Assembly (NCBI GenBank): GCA_951406725.2
Contig: OX597815.1
Span: 171,554,001 to 171,618,000, forward strand
Origin: Octopus vulgaris
Taxonomy: Eukaryota
Direction of reading: 5' to 3'
DNA length: 64,000 nt
Each line of letters begins with the position of its first letter. The stretch's first letter is position 1. A model generated the notes under the pieces. The model saw nothing but the letters and a program-made list of their open reading frames with translations, searched no databases and was not told where the DNA came from. The translations under genes and the position numbers were made by a program. This document shows positions 14,413 to 30,555 of this stretch, in pieces.

Positions 14413-15623
14413 CACAAGATCCTATTGAAAAAACTATCCAACATTGGTGTCTCTGGAAAGTTACTGAAATGGATTAAGTGTTTCCTGACAGACAGATCTC
14501 AACATGTTGTAGTTGAAGGGGTAAAATCAAGCCCAGCCAAAGTCAGTAGTGGCGTTCCGCAAGGCACTGTGCTGGGCCCACTTCTTTTCATCATTTACAT
14601 TAATGACATTAATGACATCATCAAGCACAGCAACATAAAAATCTTTGCAGATGACTCCAAGCTACAGAAGGTCATAAATGAGGCGAGTGACCGGACATGC
14701 CTTCAGTCAGATCTACTGGCTGTTATCCAATGGGCAGAAAAAAACAATATGCTGCTGAACGAGGATAAATTTGAGCTAATCCACTTTGGAAAAGAGGATG
14801 CCCTGAAACTCCCATACTCCCTTCCTTCAGGTGAAACTCTCGCGGCGTCCAACAACATCAGAGACTTGGGAGTAATTGTGGACAACAACGTAAGCTGGGC
14901 CACTCATATAAACACCAAAGTTGACATGGCCCGCAGAATGTGTTCCTGGATTCTCAGAACTTTCCAGTCGAGAGATATCCACACCATTATCCTTCTCTTC
15001 TCCACTTTTGCCCGACCCCACCTTGAATACTGTTGTCCACTGTGGTCTCCCCACACAATACAAGGTATCAAAAAGTCGAAGCACCTCAAAGGGCAATCAC
15101 AAAAAAGATAGATGGCATGACAGGCCTCGACTATTGGGGTCGACTAGAAAAGCTAAAACTCTATTCTCTCCAACGTCGTCGTGAGCGCTACATCATCTGC
15201 ATGATGTGGAAAATATTCCATCAGCATTGCCCAAATGATGTTGGCATCACCTTTAAGGTACATCCAAGGCTTGGGCCCCGTGCCATCCGCCCAAAACAAA
15301 AATCGCACTCTCATCTCATAACAACAATACGGCACAATTATTTCACCTCAATTGGCCCCGCTCTCTTTAACATTACACCAAAACACATTAAAACAGAAAC
15401 TGACCCTATAGGGTTCAAGAAGTCTTTGGACAGATTCCTTCAAGAAATCCCGGATAAACCCCCTACACCCGGATATGTCTCTGTAAACAATAACTCCCTA
15501 CTTGAGTGGGCCATAGTGCCCAAATTCTGACTTGAAAGACTTCACCAGGTGGTGCTATTAAGTTAGACATGGCCTGGGCCAATAATGGCCGAAACCTATC
15601 AAAGTATCAAAGTATCAAAGTAT
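14408..15623 (+). mobile_element. 5'-truncated CR1-clade LINE (family B) with (AAAGTATC)n tail
   Basis: DHKILLKKL...[20 protein letters not shown]...IFADDSKL...[10 protein letters not shown]. One frameshift at ~15070 continues as LKLYSLQRRRERY to a stop at 15530. Flanked by (TA)n on both sides. Confidence 0.93.
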
Positions 15624-15626
15624 ATA

Positions 15627-15677
<51 letters not shown>

Positions 15678-15684
15678 TTATATA

Positions 15685-15937
<253 letters not shown>

Positions 15938-15942
15938 GTATT

Positions 15943-15973
<31 letters not shown>

Positions 15974-15978
15974 GTATT

Positions 15979-17091
<1,113 letters not shown>

Positions 17092-17092
17092 G

Positions 17093-17143
<51 letters not shown>

Positions 17144-17194
17144 TTATATATGTGTATATATATATATATATGAATATATATATATTTATATATG

Positions 17195-17714
<520 letters not shown>

Positions 17715-17862
17715 TATATATATATATATATATGAATATATATATATTTATATATGAATATATATATATTATATATATATGTATATATATATAAATATAC
17801 ATATATATATTTATATATGTATATATATATAAATATACATATATATATACATATATGTACAT

Positions 17863-17907
<45 letters not shown>

Positions 17908-18172
17908 CATGCATATATTCATTTATAGGTACATATATGTATATAAATATATATATGCATATACATATATATGTAAGTATATGTACATATATATATGTAT
18001 ATACATATATATATGTATACACATATATGTACATATATGTATATTTATATATGTATATATATATATATATATATATCTATATATATGTACATATATACAT
18101 ATGTATATATGTCTTTATATATATATATATATATACATATATATACCTATGTATATATATATATATATTTGC

Positions 18173-18217
<45 letters not shown>

Positions 18218-19955
18218 AATATGAAGAATTAGACTTTTCTGTTACATTTTCTGTAATGAACTGGAATACCTATGATTCGAATTTCATCAAAATTGCAGAT
18301 GAGCGTTACTTCCCTCTTTATACACCCTAAAAAAAGCGTAATCATGATACATGTATCTCATACTACTGACTTTTATGTGCAAATTCCAAAATTCCACTCT
18401 TATAGAACCCGTTAAAAGGATTTTGCTCCTGAAAAATGGAGGTCATGGAGCTCTAAAATGTGGGGGTGGATGTCTTAATGTCAACCAGAGAAGTTGAATT
18501 GTTGAGAAACTTTTTAACTTAGGTCTTATATCTATTGTTTGAATTTCTTTGAAATAGGAAATATATGTATGTTCACTGGGTTTGTAAAAGAGAGCAAAGC
18601 TGTAGGAAACCAAAAGACGAATGATCGCAATAAGCAGTCAGCTACCGTACCCTAGTCGTTACCACTCCCAATGTAGGATTCCTCACCATACAGGTGACAG
18701 GCACAACCATAAGATGCATTATGGAGCTATAGCAATTGGAAGGGCGTGACCCAACTGAAATAAACATTAACAACTGTGTGACATGAGGGCTAAGGAGAAA
18801 TGAAAGTGTCACCTCTGGAGTTTGCAAATGACCACTATACTGATACTAACTGGGCAGAATAAATTTACAATCTATAAATGTCTTTGAATAACCAGTCACT
18901 CATCTGGGAAGGCCTTGAAATCAATGTTACCATCTGGGGACTATGTGTGACCCAGTGATAATAAAAAGACTGAAAGGAAGGTCTGCAATCAAATAACTTT
19001 ATTCAACACTTTGAAACTGAATCAGTGGAGGCAAAGATGCATCTCATTTACTTGACAATTTATGCACCACATTGCAGAAATCACGATCTAAGTATATCTC
19101 AAAGCAAACTCTTCCACTGGTGTACCATTGAATTACAAATAATGCTCATCTTTTATACTCAAGTGATCCTACAGCTTCCAAGAGTACAATTGTAGATAAA
19201 ATGACTAAATTGTAGGTGTTAAGTCCCCATGAAAGGGTCATTCTAACTTCTAAGAAGATGAAATTTTATAAATATTACTTCATTCATTTGTGTCTAATAT
19301 CTATGGTTAAAATTTCACCAACAGCAAAAATATATGAATTGTCATGGGGTTATGGCCCTTATGCATAGAATATAATTTCCAAATGCATAGAATATAATTT
19401 CCAAATTTCGTAAAGATCCATTCAGTACTTTTAACATAGTTTTGGATCATAAAAGTAATGACTAAAATTTGAGAGTTAAGGCCCCCATTAGGGTGTGTTA
19501 GAATCCTCATGAGAAGTGGAAACTTTGAGAATACTTCTTGATGTATGTCAATTATTCATGGTTGAAATTTCATCAACATCGAAAATTTATGAATTTTCGT
19601 GGGGCTTCTGCCCACTTTAAGTCATCTGAAATTCAAACCAATCATATTGCATTATACCAGCCCTTATGCATTGAATCTAAGTTCCAAATATCATAAGGAT
19701 CCATTCAGTAATTTTGGTCCATGAAATTTTCTTAAACACACAGCATTACCCTTCTCCCTAGGCTTGGATTTTATGTTCCAAATTTCATTAGGATCAGTCC
19801 AGCAGTTTTTGAATGTATAAGTAACACACGAACACACATAAAGACATTGACTTTCATATAATAGATATGAATATGCACATATACATACATGTATATATGT
19901 GTGTGTGTGTATGTATAATATATATATATATACATACATATATATATCTATATAT

Positions 19956-19986
<31 letters not shown>

Positions 19987-20007
19987 CATACATATATATA
20001 TATATAT

Positions 20008-20038
<31 letters not shown>

Positions 20039-20059
20039 CATACATATATATATATATAT

Positions 20060-20150
<91 letters not shown>

Positions 20151-20239
20151 TATACATAATATATATATAATATATATGTATGTATGTATATATGTATGTA
20201 TGCCTGTATATATGTGAAATAATAGTTTCACTTTAATAG

Positions 20240-20512
20240 TTTCAGTATTAAAATTAAACTATCTGACATTACGATAGCGAGATGTGCTTGTTTCACTTTT
20301 GACACGTAATACTGAGATAGTGGAGAAGATATGATATTGCTGTAGGCTCACACTAGGCAAGAAGTTAAAAAATCTTTTTGGCCTATGACACATCGACCCT
20401 AAGTAAGGCATATGTAAAATTTGAATGAAATTGGTTGAGTAGTTCTCTAGTTTTAGGGATTCACACAGACATACAGAGAGACAAACACACATTCTCATCT
20501 TTATATATATAG
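20240..20512 (-). mobile_element. Helitron-like 5' fragment
   Basis: Minus strand begins A|TCTATATATATAAAGATGAGAATGTGTGTTTGTC, like the complete Helitron copies. A similar start lies at ~19866 (-). Confidence 0.4.
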
Positions 20513-20679
20513 ATGTTTATATGAATATATATATGTATATATTTATATGTATATATTTATAAGTGTACATATATATGTATATATATGTATATATGAATAT
20601 ATACATGTATATATATGTATATATATATGAATATATACATGTATATATATGTATATATATATGAATATATACATGTATA

Positions 20680-20728
<49 letters not shown>

Positions 20729-20989
20729 TCATTACTCTTTTTAATCTTTTACTTGTTTCAGTCATTTGACTGTGGCCATGCTGGAGCACCGCCTTTACTT
20801 GAGCAAGACAACCCCAGGACTTATACTTTGTAAGCCTAGTACTTATTCTATCGGTCTTTTTCGACAACTGCTAAGTTGCAGGGACATAAACACACCAGTA
20901 CAGGTTGTCAAGCGATGTTGGTGGGACAAACACAGACACACAAACATATACAAATCAGGGAATGAATTATAATTCTTAGTATATACATA

Positions 20990-21360
20990 ACTTCAAATAC
21001 TTTGAAAATGGTTCCCACATAAAATTCAGGAGTGGATCCCTTTTCAAAATAAATGCAGATACGAACTGCAAAATGCAAAACCTCATATACTGCATTACCT
21101 GCCCAAATGGCAAAGAAAAATTACATTAGCAACACAAATAATTCCCTCTGCCAATGTACAAGAATCCATAGGCAACATATCCGACTAGAGGAATTATGCA
21201 AGATTCCATTAAGTAAGCATCTGCAAATATGCAGTGACAGAAAATTCGAAATTTCTCCCTTTTACAAATGTGTGCAGGATGATCCACAATACCAAAAAGC
21301 AATGGAACTACATTTCATCAAAAAATTCTCTCCAAAATTGAACGTTTGAAAGAAAAGCAG
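20990..21360 (+). mobile_element. Penelope-like element GIY-YIG C-terminal remnant
   Basis: ORF 21053-21349 encodes NYISNTNNSL..RIHRQHI...LSKHL..C...E.HFIKKFSPKLN, a PLE endonuclease C-terminus pattern. Its 3' end recurs at ~21490 and ~21700. Confidence 0.65.
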
Positions 21361-22179
21361 AGACAGTATATTTTGTAAGTGTTATACTAATGTTCTCTAA
21401 TGCAAAATCATGAAACTGAAAGAGGCATGGTTGAAGCTACACAGTATAAACATGGACGTGTTACCAAACACATGCACACACACACACCTCATCAAGGGAT
21501 TCTCCCCGAAATTGAATGTTTAAAGGTAAAGTGGAGAATTTGTATTTTTCATTTCTAAAAGTGGCTCATCTCTATAAATGATCAAATAAATATATGTGTA
21601 GCATTGGGAGGTATATAAATATATATTTTTCATTTTATTTTATTTATATATTTTTTAAATTGTTAATTTGCAAATATTATACTAATGTTTTTTTCATGCA
21701 GAACTACATTTCATCAAAAAATTCCCTCCAAAATTGAATGTTTGGAAGAGGATTCAGTACATTTTGTATTCTAAATATAACTGAAAGAGGAAAAAAGAAG
21801 GAAAAGGGGAAGAGAAAGCAAAATCACTTTCCGTGATGACCAAACAACGCCTGTTTTCTTTTTGTTTTGTTTTTTTATGAAGAGGTCACCATCCATAAAT
21901 CCATTCCAATACAGGACTAAAAAAAGGACTAAAAAAGAAAATTAATAAATGAATGGTGAATAGGAAGGGGTATACCCCTTCTCTCTCTCTCCCTATAGCT
22001 ATCTGTCTCTCTGTCTGACTATTTATCTATCTATTTATCTATCTATTTATGTATGTATGTATGTATGTATGTATGTATGTATCCATCCATCCATCTATCA
22101 GCCTATCTATCCATCATTCTATCTATCTGTCTATCTATCTATCTATCAGCATATCTAACTATCTATCTATCTATCCAGA

Positions 22180-22211
<32 letters not shown>

Positions 22212-22842
22212 AGCCTACCTATATTTTTATATATCCATCTCCATTTTCATGGAACCTCACCCAAAAAACCACAAAAAACCCCACAAAACATCTGTTTTAT
22301 ATAAATGAACAAGCTGTTCGTACATTCAAAAATTTTATTTGACAAGTTCGAGAAAGGATCGGAAACGCCAATAAAATGAAGAAATAAAAAGATTTTTTCG
22401 AAAATTCTGATGACTTTTTTCTCAATACTCAATTTATGTACATTACACCTAACACTCTATAGGAAAGAAAACTCCAAATGACCCGTTCTTGTTTTCTTTG
22501 TATCATCTATCTGGATGTTTTGTTGTCCCTATTTTGTATCACCTGACTGTCTGGATGTTTTGCATTCTTGTCCTGTGTTGTATTTCATGCATGCATGCAT
22601 GTATGTATGTATGTATATATGTACCTGTATATGTATGCATATATATATATGCCTGTATATGAATGCATATACGTGTGCGTATGTGTGTGTGTGTATGTGT
22701 ATTTTTACCCCCACCATCACTTGACAACCGATTTCTCCTACTAAAGGCGGTGTTCCACCATAGCTACAGTCCCATGACTGAAACAAGTAAAACAATAAAA
22801 ATCTTTGACATTTTAATCCTGAGCACCATTGGGTATCTCTGG

Positions 22843-22888
<46 letters not shown>

Positions 22889-22985
22889 ATGTGTATATAT
22901 ATATCTGTTTGTGTGTGTGTATATGTGTATATGTATTTATATGTATATATGTATCTATATATATATATATATCTATATGCATGTA

Positions 22986-23042
<57 letters not shown>

Positions 23043-23047
23043 GTGTG

Positions 23048-23084
<37 letters not shown>

Positions 23085-24601
23085 ATGTATATATGCCTGT
23101 ATGTATATATGTATGTCTGTATGTATATATGTATGTATGTATATATGTATGTATATACATATATGTGTATGTGTGTGTATACACATACATATGTATGTTA
23201 TATGTTTGTGTATTTATTCAGCAATAATATTTTTTAAAATAACCATCCCCAGATATAGCAATATGTTTCAACACACAATTTCAAATGAGAAATCTTGCAC
23301 AAGAAATACTTAAATATAATAAATTAATTTTGCCAGTTGTAAAATGCAGAGACATTTAATGTTTCCAACTCTTGTTGCACCAACACGAAGCTGGTTGCAA
23401 TAAAATATATACCAGGGAGAAAGAGAAAGAAAGAGAGAGAGGGAGTTAAAGAATGCATTCACACACACACACAAACCTATGTGTTTGTGTATTTTAACCT
23501 AAGAAAGAGTGAGAGAGAGAGAGACAAAGAGTGCAGATAGCGGAAAGCAAGGAATACATATACACGTACAACTCTTACTCTTTCTCTCAAATTTATCCAA
23601 TGAATTGCTCTCATAGTTTATCTTTTTTTTCTCTCCTTTCTCATTCTTTTTCTATTCTTTCTTTCTCTCTGCCATTCTTCTCTCTTCTTTCTCTCTCCTG
23701 TCCTATAACTTCTTTCTTTCCCCCTTACTCTCTCTCTCTTTACAGAATAGAAAAAGACAAAACAAAATGGCCACACTTTTTTGATATACAGATGGAAATA
23801 TGTAAAACTGAATTGGATTTAACTGCATTGCTTGTTTTGTAAAGCAAAACAATTTTTGCTATCACTTGTCTCACGATGTAGTGAATATATATATATATGT
23901 AATTCTGTGAGGGTACATTCACTAACTTTTGAGTTCTATGCAGACTCACAGAATTTAAGAACTTTCATTCATATCAATATTACCATATAAATTTACCCCT
24001 GAAAAAATTTTATCCCCTAAATTATGCTGGTATCTCTGAAAAATTTCATTTTATTAAGGAAATATTAATTTGCCAAATTTCAGAAGAGAAAGGGTAGAAA
24101 ATTCCTCAAGTTTCTTTTTTTGGCTCTGTAGTAAGACGTATGCTTCCCAACCACATGGTTCCAGGTTCAGTCTCACTATATAGCACTTTGGACAAGTATC
24201 TTGTACTGCAGTCTTAGGCCGACCAAAGCCTTGTGAGTGGATATGGTAGACAGAAACCGAAAGATGCCTGCCTCGTGTGTTTGTGTGTGTGTGTGTGTGT
24301 ATATATATATCTGTAAAATAATATGTGACAATTATTCGGTAGCCAAGATATTTACATAATATTGAGGTCTCTTTCTTTCTTTTGTTATCTTACAGTTTTT
24401 ACCAATATATATATATATATAAAACAGTACTTGGAGAATAAGAACGGAACGAATCGAATCGACGCGAGGGCACTGTCAAACAATAGTGTAATAAATAAAA
24501 TATATGCATACATACAAACATATATGTACGTACCTAAATCTGCATGTATATATACATGCATATATAAATATATATACGTAAGTACAGGACACCACAACTA
24601 G

Positions 24602-24632
<31 letters not shown>

Positions 24633-24776
24633 ATAAGCAAAGTAGATAGATAGAAAATCTCTAGAGATTTTCTGACTAGCTACTTAGCTTGTTGCAAGAT
24701 CAGTGACTGGCTGTCACTTATTTTCCTATATATTGCAAGCTGGAGCAAACTACTGCTATTTCTAGCAGATGGATGT

Positions 24777-24825
24777 CCACCACTGAGAATGAGCACGATT
24801 AACTCGAAACCAGACGGTTTGGTGG
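24777..24825 (+). ncRNA. Type I hammerhead-like motif
   Basis: ccacca CTGAGAA t gag-cacgattaa-ctc GAAA cc-agac-gg TT tggtgg, giving a 6-bp stem I and stems II and III. G8 is replaced by A. Confidence 0.55.
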
Positions 24826-24874
24826 TTCCGTCATTGCTGGAAGTTGGTGGGGGTTCGCTACCCTGCTTGCAATA

Positions 24875-24909
<35 letters not shown>

Positions 24910-24911
<2 letters not shown>

Positions 24912-25271
24912 TTTTATTTGTTTCAGTCATTTGACTGCGGCCATGCTGCAGCACCGCCTTTAGTCGAACAATTCGACCCCACGACTTCTTTGTAAGCCTG
25001 GAACTTATTATATTGGTCGAACCGCTATGTTACTAGGACGTAAACACACCAACATCAGTTGCCAAGCGATGGTGATGGGACAAACATAGACACACAAATA
25101 CACTCACATACATATACGATGGGCTTCTTTCAGTTTCTGTCTACCAAATCCACTCACAAGGCTTTGGTTGGCCCTAGGGTATAGAAGACACTCGCTCAAG
25201 GTGCCACGCAGTGGGACTGAACCCAGAACCATGTGGTTGGGAAGCAAGCTTCTTACCACACAGCTACGCCT
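24910..25271 (-). mobile_element. SINE family 1, older copy
   Basis: Reverse complement of the family-1 head and tail. Confidence 0.85.
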
Positions 25272-25498
25272 CCTTCTTCCCTTCTTTCCTGAGCGTCCAA
25301 TAATACTTTATTTGTTCCACGTCCTTGCGTTGTTGTGTTTTTTTGTTTTTGTTTTCTTGTTTGGATTAACTTTATATATATATATAAATACACACACACA
25401 CAGATTGCATCGATAACCAACTGGGGGAGGTGTCCTCCTGGGGTTGAAAATTCTAGTAACGTCGGTTTCTACGGTCATGTCGAAGTGGCGTTAAACAT

Positions 25499-25902
25499 TA
25501 CTCTTTACTCTTTTACTCTGTTTCAGTCATTTGACTGCGGCCATGCTGGAGCACCGCCTTTAATCGAGCAACTCGACCCCGGGACTTATTCTTTTGTAAG
25601 CCCAGTACTTATTCTATCGGTCTCTTTTGCCGAACCGCAAAGTAACGGGGACATAAACACACCAGCATCGGTTGTCAAGCAATGCTAGGGGGACAAACAC
25701 AGACACACAAACACACACACGCATATATATACATATATACGACGGGCTTCTTTCAGTTTCCGTCTACCAAATCCACTCACAAGGCTTCGGTCGGCCCGAG
25801 GCTATAGTAGAAGACACTTGCCCAAGATGCCATGCAATGGGACTGAACCCGGAACCATGTGGTTGTTAAACAATCTACTTACTACACAGCCACTCCTGCG
25901 CC
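25499..25902 (-). mobile_element. SINE family 1, full length
   Basis: Runs from GGCGCAGGAGTGGCTGTG to ...ATGACTGAAACAGAGTAAAAGAG on the minus strand. Confidence 0.9.
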
Positions 25903-26228
25903 TATATTATACATATTTATATTGTGTGTCTTTGCGTTTGTCTTCCACTACTACTTGACAACCGGTGTTGGTTTGCTTACGTCCCCATAACCTAGCAGTT
26001 CGGTAAAATGGGTGGTAGAATAAGTACCAGGCTTTAAGAAAATAGCACTGGGGTCGATTCATTTAAAAGACCGAACCAAGTAAAAGATTAGAGATAAAAT
26101 ATAATTTATGAGAAAACTGAAGTCGAAATGCAGGAAATATCGCCTGTCCCCCCATTTTTTTTTCTTTTCTTTTCTTTCCTTTTTATGTTCCACATTAAAT
26201 CTCGACATGATGGTAATCTAAACCACCC

Positions 26229-26460
26229 AAGGTGGCAAGCTGGCAGAAACGTTAGCACGCCGGGCGAAATGCTTAGCGGTATTTCGTCTGCCGCTATGTT
26301 CTGAGTTTAAATTCCGCCGAGGTCGACTTTGCCTTTCATCCTTTCGGAGTCGATAAATTAAGTACCAGTTACGCACTGGGGTCGATATAATCGACTTAAT
26401 CCGTTTGTCTGTCCTTGTTTGTCCTCTCTGTGTTTAGCTCCTTGTGGGTAGTAAAGAAAT
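26229..26460 (+). mobile_element. SINE family 2 (Meta-domain-like)
   Basis: Core GCCTTTCATCCTTTCGGAGTCGATAAATTAAGTACCAG. Near-identical to 41400-41632. Confidence 0.85.
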
Positions 26461-26841
26461 TAGGTAATCTAAACCACCCGAAAGATGTTTATTGAAAATA
26501 ACGTTAAAAATACCCATTTTTCTGAAAGTTATGTGCAAACAGACCGAGGCGTGTGAAGTAACCGAAACATTTCTCACCTCAATCTTTAATCAACATCATG
26601 TAAAATGAATGAACTTTATTCGTATAATCTTTAACTTCTTTCATTAATTAGACTGCGGCCGTGCTGGAGCATCGTCTTGAAGAACTTTGTCAAACAAACC
26701 TATCCAGGTACTTTATTCATTTGTTTTGTAAAGCCGAGTACTTATTCTATCAGTCTCTTTTTACCGAACCGCTAAGTTAGGTGTACGTAAACAAACCAGC
26801 ACCGGTTGTCAAGAGGTAGCGTGTGAGGCAAACACAAAGGC

Positions 26842-27087
26842 GGTACTGTTTAAAAAGTGTGGTCCCGGTTCGCGCACTCGCGTACTCGCGCGTCCGCGCT
26901 AGCTAGTCGTGACTAGTCGATCCTTTGTGTTTTTGTGTTTTAATTACTTTGTGTAAATAAATTATTTATTTTGTGTTTTATTTACTTTGCTAGGTAGTCG
27001 TTCTAGGATCGACAAGTCACGACTAGCTGGCGCGGATGCGTGAGTACGCGACTGCGCGCACCGGGACCACTCTTCTCAAATAGTACC
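26842..27087. mobile_element. Merlin-type MITE inserted in a family-1 SINE
   Basis: ~80-bp TIRs starting GGTAC (fits the Merlin GGNRM terminus). 9-bp TSD CACAAAGGC at 26833-26841 and 27088-27096. Confidence 0.8.
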
Positions 27088-29386
27088 CACAAAGGCACAC
27101 ACACACACACACACACGCGCGTACACACGAGATTGACTTCTTTAATTTTCCGTCTAACAAATCCACTCGAAGGCTTTGATCAGCCCGGAGCTATAGTAGA
27201 AGTCATTTATCCAAGATGCCACGTTGTGTGACAAAACCCAGAACAAGGTGGTTGGAAAGCAAGCCATGCCCGCGCCTAATTTTATTTTTAAAAATCCATT
27301 TTTCAGAAAGTTTTGAAAACAAATGTTTAAGGGCTCGTTTATGTAATTATGTCACATATATATATAGCGAGAGAGAAAGAGAGATGTTTATGACGAATAA
27401 TTTTATCAAACTTGCATGTTATGAAAATTACTGGGTCATATCTCCGTTGTATTCTCTGTTTAATATTGTCAACTGGTTATTGCTACGTTAAAAGTGACTT
27501 TTCCCTGAAAGTTATCAAAATAAGCGTCTGCCACGATATATATGTTTACTCACACCCGCTGTTACATTTGAAACACTCACGCACACACACATCGTTGTAT
27601 CAAGACGCGTTTTACAGATACATTCATGCCTCTGCATTCTTTACTGGTTTCGGTCAATGAACTGTGACTATACCGGGGCAACGGCTTCAAACGTTAACCA
27701 TATCGATTTCTATCGCCAACTCATTTAATCTACCCAACAACTTTTTCTCGAAGCGTTTAGTTACAGGACCTAAAGACAAACACTTTCTTTTAAGACCGTA
27801 AACGTAATGAAGAAAAAGAGAGGGAGAGGAAGAGTTTCTGTCTATCAAATTCCAAATTTCTCTTACAAAATATTACAAAATATTGGGCAGTGAAAGACAC
27901 TCGACCAAGGTGCTATGATGTAATATCGAACTCGGAATCACGTGGTTGCGAAGTGAACTACATAACTACAAACACATACGCACACACAGACATCGCACAC
28001 GCACGACCCCATACAATCAATATACAACTATTTACATGGCCTATGCAATTGTGTTAACGCGTACAAATATATGTAAAATGTTCGTTCGTTATGTTGTCGT
28101 ATGTGCTGTAAATTCAATTTTGACTTGTTTTACATAGAAACCGTTATTATTAATAAACGAATTTCGATATAAAATTAACTGGAAAAAAAAAAATCACTTA
28201 CATTTTTTAGCGTCCAATTTAGTAACAATCCAGATTGCTGGAAAACCCCCTGAACATTTATGTTAAGTTCCGAAGTCCGCTTTCACTAAAGACCAAATGA
28301 TCTGTTTGAGACCTGTGAGAAAGAAAAGGACAGATTTAAAAGATCATTGAGCAAAATCGAAAATTAATACAACATAAAAATAAACATATTTATCAGCTTT
28401 AACTTCATGTTGATGAAATATATAAGTTTATTTTCTAATAATTTTAATGAAATTATTACAAATTAATGGATTTCTTTGATTTTATACACTGAACGTAAAC
28501 ATTTCGTTACCTTTAAACTTTACACGAGATTTTTACGTCTGGACAAATTATCAAAACAGTGTAGCAAAATCCTAATTTTAAAAAAATGCGGTAATTGTTT
28601 CGAAAAAATTGTCAGTTTATAAAAGATAAGAAACGATCAAATTACAATTAATAAATACAATTCAAAAACATAATTATTCTTACAAAATCCTTCGGCAATC
28701 TTACATTTGTAACGTTCATAAACGTTATCATGGCAAAAGCTCCACTGGATAAAGTACTGAAGTTTTTTTGTTTGTATTTTTGTTTTGTGTGTTGTTGTTT
28801 TTGTGCAGCGCAAACATTGAAGATAGGCAAATACTAGACATAAAACAGCGAACAGCTAGAAATAATAGCACATAAATCTCATATCGTAATTTGCCTTAAA
28901 AAGAAAAACGGAAGGACACATTGTATAATACAGTACTGGACACACTAGCTAACCCAACCCCTACCCCACAAAACGATTGGAGGATCACGGCCTTTGATCA
29001 TATGCCTGCTGGGGATGGACTAGTGTCGGTGGTACACGCAGCAAACTACAATAACCTTGTCAACCTGCTGCTATAATAGGCAAGATATCAGTGGCAACCA
29101 CGACTGTTAAGCAAAAGCAAGTGGATAATTTTAAAACGTTTTGATAAATTAATAAAAATGAAGCATATTAAATTAACAGCCGTATTTTCAACAGTTCTTG
29201 TAAATATTTTATAAATATACTTCATAAACACAGACACACTGAATAGTTTGATTCGAATGAATAAGAAACAAGAAACTAAATAAACGAAATAACAGTTTCT
29301 TACTTTCCAAAAGTAATAATTATTCATTTGACAAGGTTTTATAAGACGTTTATAATAGAAGAGTGGTCGTGATTACTTCAGATAAA

Positions 29387-29419
<33 letters not shown>

Positions 29420-30555
29420 TCTTTCCTTCATTCTGTTTTTCTTTCCTTCATTCTCTTTTTTCTTTCCTTCCTCAAGTTAGTAGCGAGCTCGCTAACCGAG
29501 AGCGCTTAACTCTTGCTCTCCGACACTCCTCAAGTATCATCTCTAATTTGCTAATATTAGTACTTCACTGGGTGATGAATGCTATGAGCTGTAAGAGCAA
29601 CAGAGAAAATGTTTTGAAGTAATTATAGTTACATCCCTTATTTCAAATCCCATCCGGACCAGTTTTGCTTACATATCTCAGGGGACTGAATTTTTTTTTT
29701 TTTCTAAGAAAAAAAAACCCCAGCAAAATACTGAAAGATGATTTAATCAATTATATTACAACTATTTAACTTATGACATTGGCAGAATCGTTAACGCGTT
29801 GGATAGCATGCCTCGCGATATTTGCTGCGCTTTGAGTTCAAATCCTGCTGAGATCAACTTTGTTTTTTATCCTTTCGAAATCGATTTTAAAAATATCCAG
29901 GGCGGCGATTTGGAAGATTCTTAAGAGAGTTGGGCAAGATACCTTGTGGTATATGTTTCGGCTCTTTGCACTCTCAAAGCAATTCCTGCGACAGCATTGC
30001 TGCCAAACTGTATTTCCAAATCGGCAGCATTTCCCTTGGAGAAACATTGGTATCTTGGAGAGGAAATTTGCATGAATGGGTGAGCACTAGTCTTCAAAAA
30101 CAATCTTCCCCAGCTCTGCACATGCATGTGAAGATGTAAGATCAAATAGGCACTCACATGTATAGCCCGTTCTAGTGATAAGTTGAGTATTTCAGAAACA
30201 GCTGCTGAGGTACTGCATTCCAATGTATTATACCCAGCAACGAACACTATTGAGATGGCAATCTGGTTGCTTACATGTCGACACATGAGAGCCAACATAG
30301 TTACACGTGAGTGATGCAATAATCTTGCATGGTTATTGAACTGTAGAGAAAGAAGCGACGTAGATTTTGTGTATATGTGTGTGGACTGATATTCTATCTC
30401 ATCCGTTGACCACAGCGCGATTTAAACTATGAGCGCAGACAGTCAGAACAAATGCCGAAAGGTATTCAGTGTTCTACGAAATGTTACGTAACTTTAATTT
30501 ATTGATTTTGGTACGCGTCATATCTCTTCTGTCTTTTTCTTGTTTCAGTCATTGG

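Noticed and set aside
18600-19200. Higher-complexity segment that might be an exon
   Set aside because: No sustained open frame or identifiable motif was found. It is probably an old TE fragment and is left unclassified.
29915-30340. 132-aa minus-strand ORF
   Set aside because: It sits after a SINE fragment and looks like a decayed repeat. I could not assign a motif or splice signals.
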